Below, piece after piece: positions 27,474-37,864 of a stretch of DNA of 64,000 nt. The stretch comes from Methanobacteriota archaeon. Its GTDB lineage: Archaea; Thermoplasmatota; SW-10-69-26; JACQPN01. Under the pieces are notes generated by a model. That model was not told the origin of the DNA. It made no database searches and saw nothing but the letters and a program-made list of their open reading frames with translations. Position 1 is the first letter of the stretch; the number at the start of each line of letters is the position of its first letter. Where the stretch lies: assembly GCA_016207515.1 (NCBI GenBank), contig JACQPN010000005.1, forward strand, positions 12,810 to 76,809. Reading direction: 5' to 3'. Position numbers and translations under genes: made by a program.

Positions 27474-27989
27474 TCAGATGCTGGCGGCCCATCCAAGGGC
27501 AAACGCGCAGGAGAGCACTGCCGCCGTGGAGATCAACGCCACGGGCAAAAACGGATAGGACGAGCGCCCGCCCGAAAGCAACCGACCTAGCGGGATAGAG
27601 ATTGATTTGGTCACACCATAGAATGCGACGACGAGAAGGGGCGACAGGAGCGATGCGGTGGCCGCCATCGCGAACACGTCTGCCGGGGCGACCTTGAACA
27701 ATACGCCGATCTTTTCCCACGATAGGATGGAAAGGGCCGCGATGAGTCCCCATTTTGCCATAAAGACGGTGTCCGCGACGAATCCGGTCCGATTCAGGTC
27801 CAAGAGGACAAACGCCACAAGGATCGCTCCCCAAACTTCCACGAATTCGCTCTGCGCCGACATGTGCTTCAGGTCGCTCCAAGCGGCGACGGTGAGCGTG
27901 CCCAGGAGGAAGAACAAGCCGTATACTTGGAATTGGCCGAGCTGGAACCGTAGGAGTTCCTGGACGAGGTCGATCGCCACGAGCGGCAA
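27474..27989 (-). CDS. Membrane protein resembling A24 prepilin peptidase
   Basis: AAWSDLK and APADV aspartate motifs, terminal PFLP; multiple TM segments. Confidence 0.55.
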   Translation of the reverse strand: MPLVAIDLVQELLRFQLGQFQVYGLFFLLGTLTVAAWSDLKHMSAQSEFVEVWGAILVAFVLLDLNRTGFVADTVFMAKWGLIAALSILSWEKIGVLFKVAPADVFAMAATASLLSPLLVVAFYGVTKSISIPLGRLLSGGRSSYPFLPVALISTAAVLSCAFALGWAASI

Positions 27990-28135
27990 GCGGCGTCGCT
28001 GCCCTTTAATGCTCTCTTGTGCCGCCCACCGAGCCCTAATCAGGGTTCAAGTAGGCCCACAACGGGCCGTTTCCGCCTTTTTGGCGACTGTGGTTCGCAA
28101 AACCGGCCAAGCTCGACCAATCCCTAGAGCGCCAG

Positions 28136-29296
28136 TTACGCAGGAACATCCTCCCAATGCCACATTCGTAATTCACCCCACTGGACCGTTAGAAAGGGAC
28201 GTACGATTCCCGGAGTCAGATGCGAATCCCTTCGAACCTCGGTCAGGCTCGGGAACGATTCCATCTCCCATGAGGCACCGTATTGGCCGGCGACGGACGA
28301 CCCCTCGCTCGGAATGAATACGCTCGCCCACACCGCTCCCGTTTCGTTTGTCGCGAGTGAGTGATAGGGGATGGCGCTTCCGAACGCCGGCGATGGAATC
28401 ACATCGAATTCCCAAATCGGACCGGTTTTCATGGCGTGTATTAGGGCGCGTTGGCCCGAGCTGTTGCTGACGGGAGTCCCATCGAACGCGAGGTGGATTA
28501 GGTCGCCGACGCCCATTGTGATGGAGCACCTGCGAGAATGGAACGGTCGCACCAAAACGATTTCCTCATTCCAAAGCGAGCCTGGGTGTCCCCATCGGTG
28601 AATGACTCCGCGATGATCAACGTAACAGACATGCAGATGGTCGTTCTCGCCAGAGGAAAAATCCGGGAACGAAGTGGAGAGTCCCACTGGTTCGGCGTGC
28701 CACGCTCCGTCCAGTCGGCTCAGGATTTCCCAAGTTCCCCGAATCCCCAAGACATGGGGCGTCCCATCAGGCGTAACCTCGACGGCTTCCGGTTTGAAGC
28801 GCAGGGGCAATAGATCGACCGCCAACTCCTCGGTCACCCAATTCCCCTCTGTCGATTTCGTCGAGTAGTACACGAATGACGTGGGTGGGAGAATTGGGCT
28901 GAGAATCTCATAGTATGCCCAGATGTGGGGCACTCCCTGAGGACCAAGAGCGATGAAAAGGTTGGGATTGATGGGGTTCGAAGGTAACCTCATGACTTCT
29001 TCGAATGGCGCACCGTCGAGAGGGTCCGCGGAGAACATGATTCGATGAGTATTGTCGTCGTTGTAATCGTGAAATACGACGGCAGGCCTTGATCTATTCC
29101 AGGTAGCCGCCGCTACATCGAAAACGTAAACGCCTTCCGCATTGAATGGGGGGTAGAAGGTCGTCAAGATCCATTCCCCGGGCTCGGAGCTACCGGGCTG
29201 GGGCGATCCTGCGCCTGTGACGGGCCCGAAGATGGCGGTTGAAACCAGCGCGATGGCTACAACCACGATGATTGCGGGTGGCCCCCTGCCCAGCAT
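28136..29296 (-). CDS. Secreted beta-propeller-like hypothetical protein
   Basis: Signal peptide; repeated G.PH(I/V) and W..E motifs. Confidence 0.65.
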   Translation of the reverse strand: MLGRGPPAIIVVVAIALVSTAIFGPVTGAGSPQPGSSEPGEWILTTFYPPFNAEGVYVFDVAAATWNRSRPAVVFHDYNDDNTHRIMFSADPLDGAPFEEVMRLPSNPINPNLFIALGPQGVPHIWAYYEILSPILPPTSFVYYSTKSTEGNWVTEELAVDLLPLRFKPEAVEVTPDGTPHVLGIRGTWEILSRLDGAWHAEPVGLSTSFPDFSSGENDHLHVCYVDHRGVIHRWGHPGSLWNEEIVLVRPFHSRRCSITMGVGDLIHLAFDGTPVSNSSGQRALIHAMKTGPIWEFDVIPSPAFGSAIPYHSLATNETGAVWASVFIPSEGSSVAGQYGASWEMESFPSLTEVRRDSHLTPGIVRPFLTVQWGELRMWHWEDVPA

Positions 29297-29412
29297 ACCG
29301 CACCAATTCCTTCCAATCCTTATAATGACTCTGGGAAACGCCTATGCGTATTGCCCCCGAGGCGGCGTTTTTTACGATGCCTGAACCTTGGGGGAAGAGC
29401 GCGACAGGAGCT

Positions 29413-30561
29413 TCAAAGTTCTTTCCGTGCCTGGGCCGCGCCCTCTGCGAGCGACCGGAGCTTCGCGTGCGCCACGTCCCAACTTCTGGTGCGTAGTCCA
29501 CAGTCGGGGTTCGCGAGGACGCGCTCTTTTCCGAGCAGTTTCGCCGCGTAGATTATCCGGTCACGCACAAGTTCAGGCTTCTCCACGTCGTCGCGATGGA
29601 CGTCAAGGACGCCAAGGCCGATGTCCGCCTTGTCGCCGTGCTGTTTCATAAGCTCGATGAACTCGTACCCCCAACGGACGTCCTTGGTCGTGCCCGCCTT
29701 CCACGAGTCGCGGTTGCCGAACTCCATCGCGTACTCGCTGCAGTCCTTGAGGTCGAGTATCGCCGGGTAGAGCGCCTTGTAATCGCTGAAGCAAAGGTGC
29801 AGGCTGAACCGGCACCCCGCGATCCCCTTCGTCGACTCGTTGAAGGACTCGACGAATATGGGCACTTCCTCGGGCTTCGTCGCGACCGCCGGCTCGTCGA
29901 TCTGGATGCGTGTGGCACCCGCTTTGACGAGGGCCTCGATGTTCGGGCGTATGACGTTCCTGGCGATGTCCACCGCGAATTCGCGTTTCGCCGCGTAGCG
30001 CGCCGTCGCGCTCGTCGTCCCGGTGGCACCCGCCCTCTTCAGGTAGTACTCATTGTACGACCAGTCGGCGATGGTGAAAGCGCCCGTTATCGGGACCTTG
30101 ACGATCCCCTTCGCCTTGGCCTTCACGTACTCGAATTCGTCGTTGTGGAAGGGCGAAAGGAGCGTCGGTCGCTCGACGATGGCCGCCTTCAGGTAGTACT
30201 TGTTGTCGAAGCTTCGCACGTGGCCGAGGAACCGCAGTCCCTTGGTGGAGCGCGCGGCGTGCTCGTACATCTCGGTGCGTCGCTGTTCGCCGTCGTAGAC
30301 GATGTCGAGTCCGGCGGATTCGAGGTAACGTATCCCGAAAAGGCTCGACCACTCGGCAACCGCGTCCTTCTCCGCGTCCGTGAGCTTCGGTTTGTTGAGT
30401 AAGGCGACGAGCGGTCTTGCATCCGTGCCGGTGATCTTGGCCCAGCGTTCGCATTCGGCTATGTCGGCAGGCGTTATGGGTTTTCCCGCTGCGGCCTTGA
30501 CACGCCAATTAGGCTTCGCGAGGCTTCCGATCTCCTGCGTCGGGATACCGGGTGTCGCCAT
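29413..30561 (-). CDS. metE: Cobalamin-independent methionine synthase, catalytic half
   Basis: EIGS, DGEQRR, IQIDEP, zinc ligands LHLC and NPDCGL. Confidence 0.92.
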   Translation of the reverse strand: MATPGIPTQEIGSLAKPNWRVKAAAGKPITPADIAECERWAKITGTDARPLVALLNKPKLTDAEKDAVAEWSSLFGIRYLESAGLDIVYDGEQRRTEMYEHAARSTKGLRFLGHVRSFDNKYYLKAAIVERPTLLSPFHNDEFEYVKAKAKGIVKVPITGAFTIADWSYNEYYLKRAGATGTTSATARYAAKREFAVDIARNVIRPNIEALVKAGATRIQIDEPAVATKPEEVPIFVESFNESTKGIAGCRFSLHLCFSDYKALYPAILDLKDCSEYAMEFGNRDSWKAGTTKDVRWGYEFIELMKQHGDKADIGLGVLDVHRDDVEKPELVRDRIIYAAKLLGKERVLANPDCGLRTRSWDVAHAKLRSLAEGAAQARKEL

Positions 30562-30562
30562 T

Positions 30563-31519
30563 TCAAGCACCGCCCGCGATCTTTGCCGCCTGTCCGAGGG
30601 CAGCGACCTTCTTCGCCGCCACCGTCGCTGGAAGGAGTTCCAGGTCGGAGTTCGGTCCGATTAGGATATTCACGCCTGGGTTCGCCTGTTTGATCGTCTT
30701 CACGTGGCTTGCGATGGCCTTCGGGTCTTCGACGAGGGAATTGCGCCCGTCGACGACGCCGAGGATGAGGTGCTTGCCGGCAAACGGGCTCTTTGCGAAC
30801 TCGTGCGCCGCGTGGAGGTCTATTCCGATGTAACCGACGGGGAACTTCGCAAGTTCGGCCGCCCAGGGCGTCACGTCGCCAAAGTACGTGTGGTAGGACG
30901 AGGTGCCCCTGAAGCCTTGGAGCGCCGCCCCGATGGCCTCGCCGGTCGCCGCCACCTCACGTTTCGACGGGGCGAGCCTCACGACCGCAGGATCGTTGAA
31001 CTGGATGAACGAAGCTCCTGCCGATTGGAGGCTTTGCACTTCGGAGCGAAGCGCGTCGCCGAAGGCGAGCGCGAGTTTCTCGCGCGATCCGAAGTACTCG
31101 TCGCGCGCTAGGCCTGCGAACGTGAACGGCGAGGGAAGGATCACTCCCCATTTCTCGCCCTGTTTGAAAGCCCGGGTCTCGACGTACTTGTTGATGAAAC
31201 CGGCCTTCTTCGGCCTTAGATTCCCGGTGACCGTGGCTTGCCGGTAGAAGCAGTTGTTGTCGAAATACCGTGTGAGGGTGCCGACGCTGACCCCGTCGAG
31301 GTTCTCGGCGAAGGGACGCGTCACGTCCTGCCAGCGTAGATTCCCGTCTGTCACGAAGGCGAAGCCGGCGTCTCGCTGGATCCGCGTTACGTTATCGAAA
31401 TCCTTGGCAAACGCCGCCTCCAACTGGGCGTCGTCGATGCGCTTGCGGTCGTGGTCGCGAGTCGCTGCGACCAGTTCTTCGGATCTTGGGAACGTGCCTG
31501 TAAGAATGGCGTTGACCAT
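30563..31519 (-). CDS. Methionine synthase N-terminal-like (non-catalytic) half of split MetE
   Basis: TDGNLRWQD, RYFDNN.FYRQ, GVVDGRN; Zn cysteines absent (HTYF, PNSDL). Confidence 0.85.
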   Translation of the reverse strand: MVNAILTGTFPRSEELVAATRDHDRKRIDDAQLEAAFAKDFDNVTRIQRDAGFAFVTDGNLRWQDVTRPFAENLDGVSVGTLTRYFDNNCFYRQATVTGNLRPKKAGFINKYVETRAFKQGEKWGVILPSPFTFAGLARDEYFGSREKLALAFGDALRSEVQSLQSAGASFIQFNDPAVVRLAPSKREVAATGEAIGAALQGFRGTSSYHTYFGDVTPWAAELAKFPVGYIGIDLHAAHEFAKSPFAGKHLILGVVDGRNSLVEDPKAIASHVKTIKQANPGVNILIGPNSDLELLPATVAAKKVAALGQAAKIAGGA

Positions 31520-31546
31520 GGTGTCACACCTTGGTTTCGCGAGAGA

Positions 31547-31581
31547 CATTTTCCTATATAATACCTGACGGTAGGAAAATG
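31547..31581. promoter_or_regulatory. Inverted repeat operator overlapping the TATA box of the metE operon
   Basis: CATTTTCCTA-N15-TAGGAAAATG enclosing TATATAATA. Confidence 0.5.
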
Positions 31582-31785
31582 CGCCCAGCGCATACACATG
31601 AGATGCGCCTTGCCAGGCAACCGGCTTTTGGAACGGGAGCCGCGGGAAGCTTGTCCTACGCCGGCGACGCTTCGGGGACACGGGTTTGAAGAGGCCGCCT
31701 CGCCGTTCCCGCGACGGGGACGTCCACCAACGGCGCCCCGGTCGGCCAAACGACATATACGCGGCTCAGTCTAACCGTAGTTCGG

Positions 31786-32757
31786 ATGGAAACGCTGGTG
31801 GATGGTTACGGGCGCGTGGCGACGGACCTCCGGATATCGGTGACGGATCGGTGCAACTTCCGCTGCATCTACTGCCACAACGAAGGCCAAGGGCCGGTCA
31901 AGCCCGCTTCCGCGGCCCACGCGTACGAGCTCACGCCCGAGGAGATCCGCGACATCGTCGAGGTGGCCCACGGTTTTGGCGTGACCCACGTGAAGCTGTC
32001 CGGGGGCGAGCCGCTTGTTCGTAGCGACATCGCCGAGATCGTAAGACGCATCGCGCCCATGGTGGAGGTCTCGATGGTGACGAACGGCTCGATGCTGGAG
32101 TCAAGCGCCGTCGGACTCAAGGCGGCAGGCCTCACCCGCCTCAACATCTCGATGGACAGCCTCGACCCGGCGGAGTTCGCGACCATCAGGCGAGGGTCGC
32201 TGCGGCCCGTGCTCCGGGGGATCGCGCGCTCGCTCGAAGTCGGGATCCGGCCCGTGAAGGTGAACATGGTGGTCTTCAAGGGCACCGTGGAGCACGTCCC
32301 GGAGATGATCAAATACATCGGCGAGACCGAAGGCCTGAAGCTCCAACTCATCGAATTCATGCCCGAACTCGTCGGACTCGAGGAGTTGATGGTGGACATC
32401 GACGAGGTCAAGGAGGAGCTCGAACGACGGGCGGATCGCGTCGAGATACGCGCAATGCACCACCGCCGCATCTACCACATCGGCGGCGCCGAGGTGGAGG
32501 TGGTCGACCCCGTGGAGAACGAGGAGTTCTGTTTCAATTGCAGGAGGCTTCGCGTGACGGCGGACGGCCACCTCAAGGGTTGTCTCAACCGCAACGATGA
32601 CCTCGTGCCGCTACGTGGGTTGGACCGCGTCGGCATCGCGGATGCGTTCCGACGGGTCGTCGCGAACCGCATCCCGTATTATGGGGCCTACCTGAAAGCA
32701 CCATACCAGAACGTGCGGCACCCGGTGAAGAAGCAATTCGTCTCCATCCCCCGATAG
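31786..32757 (+). CDS. moaA: GTP 3',8-cyclase MoaA
   Basis: LRISVTDRCNFRCIYC, SGGEP, FCFNCRRLRVTADG.LKGCL. Confidence 0.93.
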   Translation: METLVDGYGRVATDLRISVTDRCNFRCIYCHNEGQGPVKPASAAHAYELTPEEIRDIVEVAHGFGVTHVKLSGGEPLVRSDIAEIVRRIAPMVEVSMVTNGSMLESSAVGLKAAGLTRLNISMDSLDPAEFATIRRGSLRPVLRGIARSLEVGIRPVKVNMVVFKGTVEHVPEMIKYIGETEGLKLQLIEFMPELVGLEELMVDIDEVKEELERRADRVEIRAMHHRRIYHIGGAEVEVVDPVENEEFCFNCRRLRVTADGHLKGCLNRNDDLVPLRGLDRVGIADAFRRVVANRIPYYGAYLKAPYQNVRHPVKKQFVSIPR

Positions 32758-32929
32758 CCCCCCCGTGCTGGACAGGCGCAATGGCGCCTGAGGATTGGAA
32801 TCTTGGGCAAAAGACCTTGGGACCGACGGGTTCGACGATAGGCCCTCGGCGCGCCGGGGAGGCGTCAAGACCCATAGTTTCGTGGCGTAACCGACTTATA
32901 TGACCTATGCCTCCTAACTAGGTGGTAAC

Positions 32930-33283
32930 ATGGAAGCGAAGACCGAACTCAAGACCCACGTCGACCTGAACATCACCCCGAAGGCGTCGGAAGAGCTCAA
33001 GAAGCTCATGACCGCCCAAGGCAAGGCCGATCAGGCGCTACGAGTAAGTGTGCTTCCCGGCGGCTGTTCGGGCTTCCAGTATGGCCTTTCCTTCGCGGCC
33101 GCCCCAAGCGATGGTGAGGTGGTCATCGAGCAAGCGGGCGTCAAGCTCATAGTCCATGAGCAGGACGTCGAAATCCTGAACGGGATCAAGCTCGATTACA
33201 TCGACACCCTCATGGGCGGCGGCTTCAAGATCTCCAACCCGAACGCGACGGAAAGTTGCGGCTGCGGGAAGTCGTTCCGCTAG
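32930..33283 (+). CDS. erpA: A-type Fe-S carrier (ErpA/IscA/HesB)
   Basis: GGCSGFQY...NPNATESCGCGKSF. Confidence 0.93.
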   Translation: MEAKTELKTHVDLNITPKASEELKKLMTAQGKADQALRVSVLPGGCSGFQYGLSFAAAPSDGEVVIEQAGVKLIVHEQDVEILNGIKLDYIDTLMGGGFKISNPNATESCGCGKSFR

Positions 33284-33465
33284 TCGACCATCGCGTCGCC
33301 GGTTCTCGCCCGCCCACCTCCAAGACACGCGCATCAATCCCGTGCTGGCTTACGTCATCCGTTGGCCTCCCAAGTGTCGGTTTTCTACTGGAAGGCTAAA
33401 CCTTGCCGCCCTGATTGGAGAAGTATCTATTAATATCGCATCGCACTCGCAAGGTCAGGGCCCGC

Positions 33466-33873
33466 ATGTCAGAGATAATCGAGAAGCACCTTGCCAGCGC
33501 CTTGAACCACGAGATACTCGTGGTCATGAGCGACGACCGATCCTTCAAAGGGACGCTCATGGAGTTCGACAACGACTGGATCGTGCTCCACGACGTGACC
33601 GAGGGCTCCAGCCAGAACCTTCGCGGCTGGGAGGAACCAGCGATCTCCGCCGGGGTCATTGAGAAGTACATCACGTGGAAGGGTATCATCAGCGAAGAAA
33701 AGGACAAGACGAAGATCTATCGCCTGCGGGACGTGCTGCTCCACATGGACGGCATCCTCCGAGTGTGGCTTCTCAAACCGGAGCTTCTCGGGAAACCGGA
33801 GCACGTCCACATCGAATCGGGAAGCAACGCGCCGTCGATGGACGACCGGCAAAGGCCACGGGTAGCGAAGTAG
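33466..33873 (+). CDS. LSm/Sm-like domain protein
   Basis: Sm1-like ILVVMSDDRSFKGTLMEFD...IVLHDVTE; Sm2-like VLLHMDGILRV. Confidence 0.6.
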   Translation: MSEIIEKHLASALNHEILVVMSDDRSFKGTLMEFDNDWIVLHDVTEGSSQNLRGWEEPAISAGVIEKYITWKGIISEEKDKTKIYRLRDVLLHMDGILRVWLLKPELLGKPEHVHIESGSNAPSMDDRQRPRVAK

Positions 33874-33883
33874 GCGAAAAGAA

Positions 33884-34588
33884 ATGGCCGGTCGATTGAA
33901 GGTCCTCGTCGACACGAAACGCCGCGGCAGCGAGAACATGGCCATCGACGAGGCCAACCTCGCTCGAGGCGAGGCTCTGCTGCGGCTTTACGCGTGGGAA
34001 CCGGCGTGCGTCTCCCTCGGTTACGCCCAACCCGAATCGAGCCTCGACCACGGGGCCGTCGAACGGTTCGGCTTCGACGTGGTGCGCCGCTCCACCGGGG
34101 GAGGCGCGATCCTCCACAATGAGACGGAGGTCACCTACAGCATCGTCGTCCCTCACGGTTTTCCGGGGCTTCCAAGCGGCCTTCAGGACTCGTTCAAATT
34201 CCTATCGTCCGGCGTCTTCAAGGCGTTTGAGACCATCGGCCTCGAACCGACTTACCTTACGGGAGAGGGCGGCAAGGACGTCTGTTGTTACATGCGCTCG
34301 CAAGGCGTCTACATCGCCGTCGGCGGGCGGAAGATCTCGGGGGGCGCGCAACGCCGGACGCAGGACGGGATCCTCCAGCACGGCACCGTGATAATCGATC
34401 GCGACGAGGACCGGATGGCCGCCGTTTTCCGGGAAGACGTCGGGAAGATCCGCGAAAAGGTCACGAGCCTCAAGGAAGAGGGCGTCGAGCTCGACAGGCA
34501 CCGGCTCCAAGTGGCGGTCTTTCGGGGCTACGAGGCGGCGCTCGGCGTAGACCTCGAATTGTCGAAGGCACCGATCGCCTTCGCCTGA
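33884..34588 (+). CDS. Lipoate-protein ligase A / octanoyltransferase family
   Basis: NMAIDE, LRLYAW, SLGY.Q, VRRSTGGGAILH, KISGGAQ, LQHGT. Confidence 0.92.
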   Translation: MAGRLKVLVDTKRRGSENMAIDEANLARGEALLRLYAWEPACVSLGYAQPESSLDHGAVERFGFDVVRRSTGGGAILHNETEVTYSIVVPHGFPGLPSGLQDSFKFLSSGVFKAFETIGLEPTYLTGEGGKDVCCYMRSQGVYIAVGGRKISGGAQRRTQDGILQHGTVIIDRDEDRMAAVFREDVGKIREKVTSLKEEGVELDRHRLQVAVFRGYEAALGVDLELSKAPIAFA

Positions 34589-34664
34589 CGCCCCGGAATC
34601 GCGAAACTTTATGAACATGCAAGCTCCGTGGCGAAGCGTGTATCGGGGATTGCCACGCGGCAAC

Positions 34665-36146
34665 ATGGACGTCGGCGTCATCTTCATCGGTGTCCTGCTC
34701 TTGGCCGGGTGCACGTCGAACGAGGATCCGGCCGACCCTTCGACGCCGAGTCTACCAAATACCCTCACTTTCCAAACGCCGCTGCGCCTCCCCTCCGCGC
34801 ACGTCTCCGCGGAACCGAACGTCATCGTGGGCTCCGACGGGATCTACGTCATTGGGGTCGGAAGCCTCGTGAAGAACCCGAACGTCGAGGAATCCCAAGC
34901 TCCTCTTTGGGTATCGCGCGACAACGGCGTCACATACGCGGCCCTGAAAACCGTCGAAGGCGGCGACCCGAACTCGACATACTGTTCATGCGACGCGGAC
35001 GTGGCCCAAGGACCGGACGGCGTCGTATACGTCACGGACTTCTGGGTGACGCGCTACACTGGGCCGGCGCTTCCCGACGACCCTACGGGCCTCTTCGGGA
35101 CCCCTACGGGCTTCGTCGTCCAAGCGAGCACCGACGGCGGCCGGACGTTCGGAGCAGGGAACTTCCTCGTCCAGACGGATGTCCGAGGCAATGACCGCCA
35201 GTACCTCACGGCGGGGGACACTGCGGGAGAATTGTTCCTCACTTACGCCCGCGGCGCAGACCTCGGCACCGCCGATCGCGATTCGCCCGACAACGGCCTC
35301 TTCATCCTTCGAAGCACCGATGCAGGAAGGACATTCGGCGCGCCCATAAGGGCATGGACGCCTCCGGATGACGGCACGCGCTTCGCCTTCATCGCCAAGC
35401 ACAGGATAGACGCTGACGGCACGGTCTTCTTCCCTTATGTTGAGTATCGGGCGAGCGACCCGTGGAACGGCACCGCGACGGGATTCGTCGCCGTCTCAAA
35501 GGACGAAGGCGCCACTTTCACACCTCGGAAGATCGCCGACATCCAAAACGGCGTCGGCGGCCTTTGGCCCATGCAGGCGGCATTAGACGGGGCGGGCAGG
35601 ATCTACGCCACGTACATGGAGCGGGGCCCGAGCGGCATCGGCTCACGCCTGTACCTGGCCTGGAGTTCCGACGAGGGCGCCACTTTCTCGAAGCCAATCG
35701 CCGTGACGCCGGAGACCCAGACGGCGGTCCTTCCTTGGATCGACGTAAGCTCGGGCGGCCGTGTCGCCATCGGATATTATGGAGCCGAGGGGCGCCACTA
35801 CGCCTTCGATGCGCCGGACGAAACGAAATGGTCCGCCTATGCCGTCATCGTCGACAATGCGACAGGCACGCCGGATATCACCCCACCGATACCTGCCAGT
35901 CCATGGCCCGTGAAGGTCGGCCGATTCTGTCCGATGGGAGCCGCGTGTCCTCGCGATCGGGAGCTTCTCGACTACCCGGGGATCGCGATCACCCGGGATG
36001 GTGGCTGGGTCCACCTCGTGTTCGCCTCGTCCATCCTCGACGCTGGTGCGGGGCCTCAGGCCGCCGCCGGCTCGACCCGGGGCACGGTGACCGGTGGCCA
36101 CGATACCGCGGCCTTCCTCTATGCGTCCCGTCTCCAGCTACGCTGA
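34665..36146 (+). CDS. BNR/Asp-box repeat (sialidase-like) lipoprotein
   Basis: LLLAGC lipobox; five S.D.G.T(F/Y) Asp boxes. Confidence 0.8.
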   Translation: MDVGVIFIGVLLLAGCTSNEDPADPSTPSLPNTLTFQTPLRLPSAHVSAEPNVIVGSDGIYVIGVGSLVKNPNVEESQAPLWVSRDNGVTYAALKTVEGGDPNSTYCSCDADVAQGPDGVVYVTDFWVTRYTGPALPDDPTGLFGTPTGFVVQASTDGGRTFGAGNFLVQTDVRGNDRQYLTAGDTAGELFLTYARGADLGTADRDSPDNGLFILRSTDAGRTFGAPIRAWTPPDDGTRFAFIAKHRIDADGTVFFPYVEYRASDPWNGTATGFVAVSKDEGATFTPRKIADIQNGVGGLWPMQAALDGAGRIYATYMERGPSGIGSRLYLAWSSDEGATFSKPIAVTPETQTAVLPWIDVSSGGRVAIGYYGAEGRHYAFDAPDETKWSAYAVIVDNATGTPDITPPIPASPWPVKVGRFCPMGAACPRDRELLDYPGIAITRDGGWVHLVFASSILDAGAGPQAAAGSTRGTVTGGHDTAAFLYASRLQLR

Positions 36147-36221
36147 ACAACGGAACAGGAAAGGAAAAGGTTCGCCCGTCGAACGGGCCCCATGTGAAGG
36201 AACGCCAGGGTCGTGCCCCGT

Positions 36222-36512
36222 CTAGGGCCCGCCCACCTCGCCGCACTTCACCGCGATCTCGTATTTCACCGGCGTTATCGATTCCCCTAGCCCCGCCTTG
36301 TTGATCTCGTCAAGCGTCCATTTGCCGGCCCGCTGGAAGTCCTCTGCGGTGTTGTACTCGGAGATGTAAAGGAGCGAACTCGTCTGCGGGTGGTACGGGC
36401 CCCCGAGGACCTTCCCGTGGTTCGCCGTCGTTCCCTTTCGCACGATCTCATCGAGTTTCGGCACGATCTTCTCTTCCTCTGCGTTCAGATCCACGAACCA
36501 GTGCACCGACAT
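36222..36512 (-). CDS. Small hypothetical protein
   Basis: 96-aa ORF with normal codon usage and amphipathic pattern. Confidence 0.65.
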   Translation of the reverse strand: MSVHWFVDLNAEEEKIVPKLDEIVRKGTTANHGKVLGGPYHPQTSSLLYISEYNTAEDFQRAGKWTLDEINKAGLGESITPVKYEIAVKCGEVGGP

Positions 36513-36769
36513 GGGAATCACCCGTGAAGCGAGCAATGCGTCGGTATTCCCGTCTTTGGCGTGAAAGGCCCGCTCTTTTCGGCATGCGTCGATTCTTTGG
36601 CTTGTCCATCACTAGAAGCGGAAAGGCGCGGTGGACGTTCAAGGTACGCGTCCCTCGCGCCCGGATGGGGGGATCCCCATGGCGCATCATCGCATCGTGT
36701 CTTACGTGGCCACTCCGCCATGTGGCCCCTTTGGCGGTTGTTCCCTCCTGTCGAGCACTACTTGCCACT

Positions 36770-37864
36770 TCAAATCGCGGGTTGCTGCTGCGTCACGCAG
36801 TGGATCGCGCCGAAACCAAATACGAGGTCCCTGCAATCTATGGGGACGATCCGACGGTCGGGAAAAAGCGTCCCCACGATGGACTCCGCCTTGTGGTCGT
36901 TGGCGTGACCAAAGACCGGGAGCAATACGACGCCGTTCGCGATGTAGAAATTCGCGTAGCTTGCCGGAAGACGCCCCTCATCGTCGCCGTGCCAACCGGG
37001 CATCGGGAGTTCCACCACGCGTAGCCTCCTCCCGTCTTGATCGCTCATCGCCCTCAGGCGTTTGAGGTTCTCGGCAAGCGGACGGTGATTGGCGTCTTCC
37101 TCATCGGGCTCCGAGGCCGCGAGGACGGTGTTAGGGTCTACAAAACGAGCTATGTCGTCGATGTGCCCGTCCGTATCGTCGCCTTCGATCCCGTCCGAGA
37201 GCCAGAGGATGTTCGAAACGCCTAGGAAAGCGCGGAGGTATCCCTCGATCTCGCCGCTCCCGAGGGTCGGGTTGCGGTTCTTGTTGAGAAGGCACTGTTC
37301 CGTCGTGAGCAGCGTCCCCTCGCCGTTCACGTCGATGCTTCCCCCCTCGAGGACGATGCCGGGCTCGAAAAGCTCCGCCTCGCCTATCGTCGCCTTCAGA
37401 CGTTTTGGGATGTCGTCGTCGCGCTTCAATTCCTCGTACTTGTCGCCCCAGGCGTTGAAGATCCAATCCGTGTAACATGCCTCGCGCCTTCCTTGCCCCT
37501 CTCGTGTGAGGAAAATGGGCCCGTAATCGCGGATCCAGGAATCGGCGGTGCCGATGTCGTGGATGCGGACGTTCTTCACCGCATCCTTCTTGAGCCACGA
37601 GGCGACTTTTTCGTGCGTCGTCGAATCGTGGACCAGGAGATCCACCCGCTCGTTTGGAGAAAGCGCCTTGATCATCTGTTGAAACACCTTCTCCACTTGC
37701 GGGACGCGCTCAGGCCACGTGACGGGATCGTGCGGCCACGACAACCACGTGGCCTCATGTGGTCCCCACTCGGCCGGCATCGAGAATCCGAGGGAGGCGG
37801 GCGTCTGCGGGGCACCAACGGATCCTTGTATTGACCGTTTCCCGCCCGACGGTCGCCTACTCAT
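36770..37864 (-). CDS. aguA: Agmatine deiminase
   Basis: MPAEW, WIRDYGP, FNAWG, LEGGSI, DTDGHIDD, ASYANF, GAIHCVTQQ. Confidence 0.95.
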   Translation of the reverse strand: MSRRPSGGKRSIQGSVGAPQTPASLGFSMPAEWGPHEATWLSWPHDPVTWPERVPQVEKVFQQMIKALSPNERVDLLVHDSTTHEKVASWLKKDAVKNVRIHDIGTADSWIRDYGPIFLTREGQGRREACYTDWIFNAWGDKYEELKRDDDIPKRLKATIGEAELFEPGIVLEGGSIDVNGEGTLLTTEQCLLNKNRNPTLGSGEIEGYLRAFLGVSNILWLSDGIEGDDTDGHIDDIARFVDPNTVLAASEPDEEDANHRPLAENLKRLRAMSDQDGRRLRVVELPMPGWHGDDEGRLPASYANFYIANGVVLLPVFGHANDHKAESIVGTLFPDRRIVPIDCRDLVFGFGAIHCVTQQQPAI

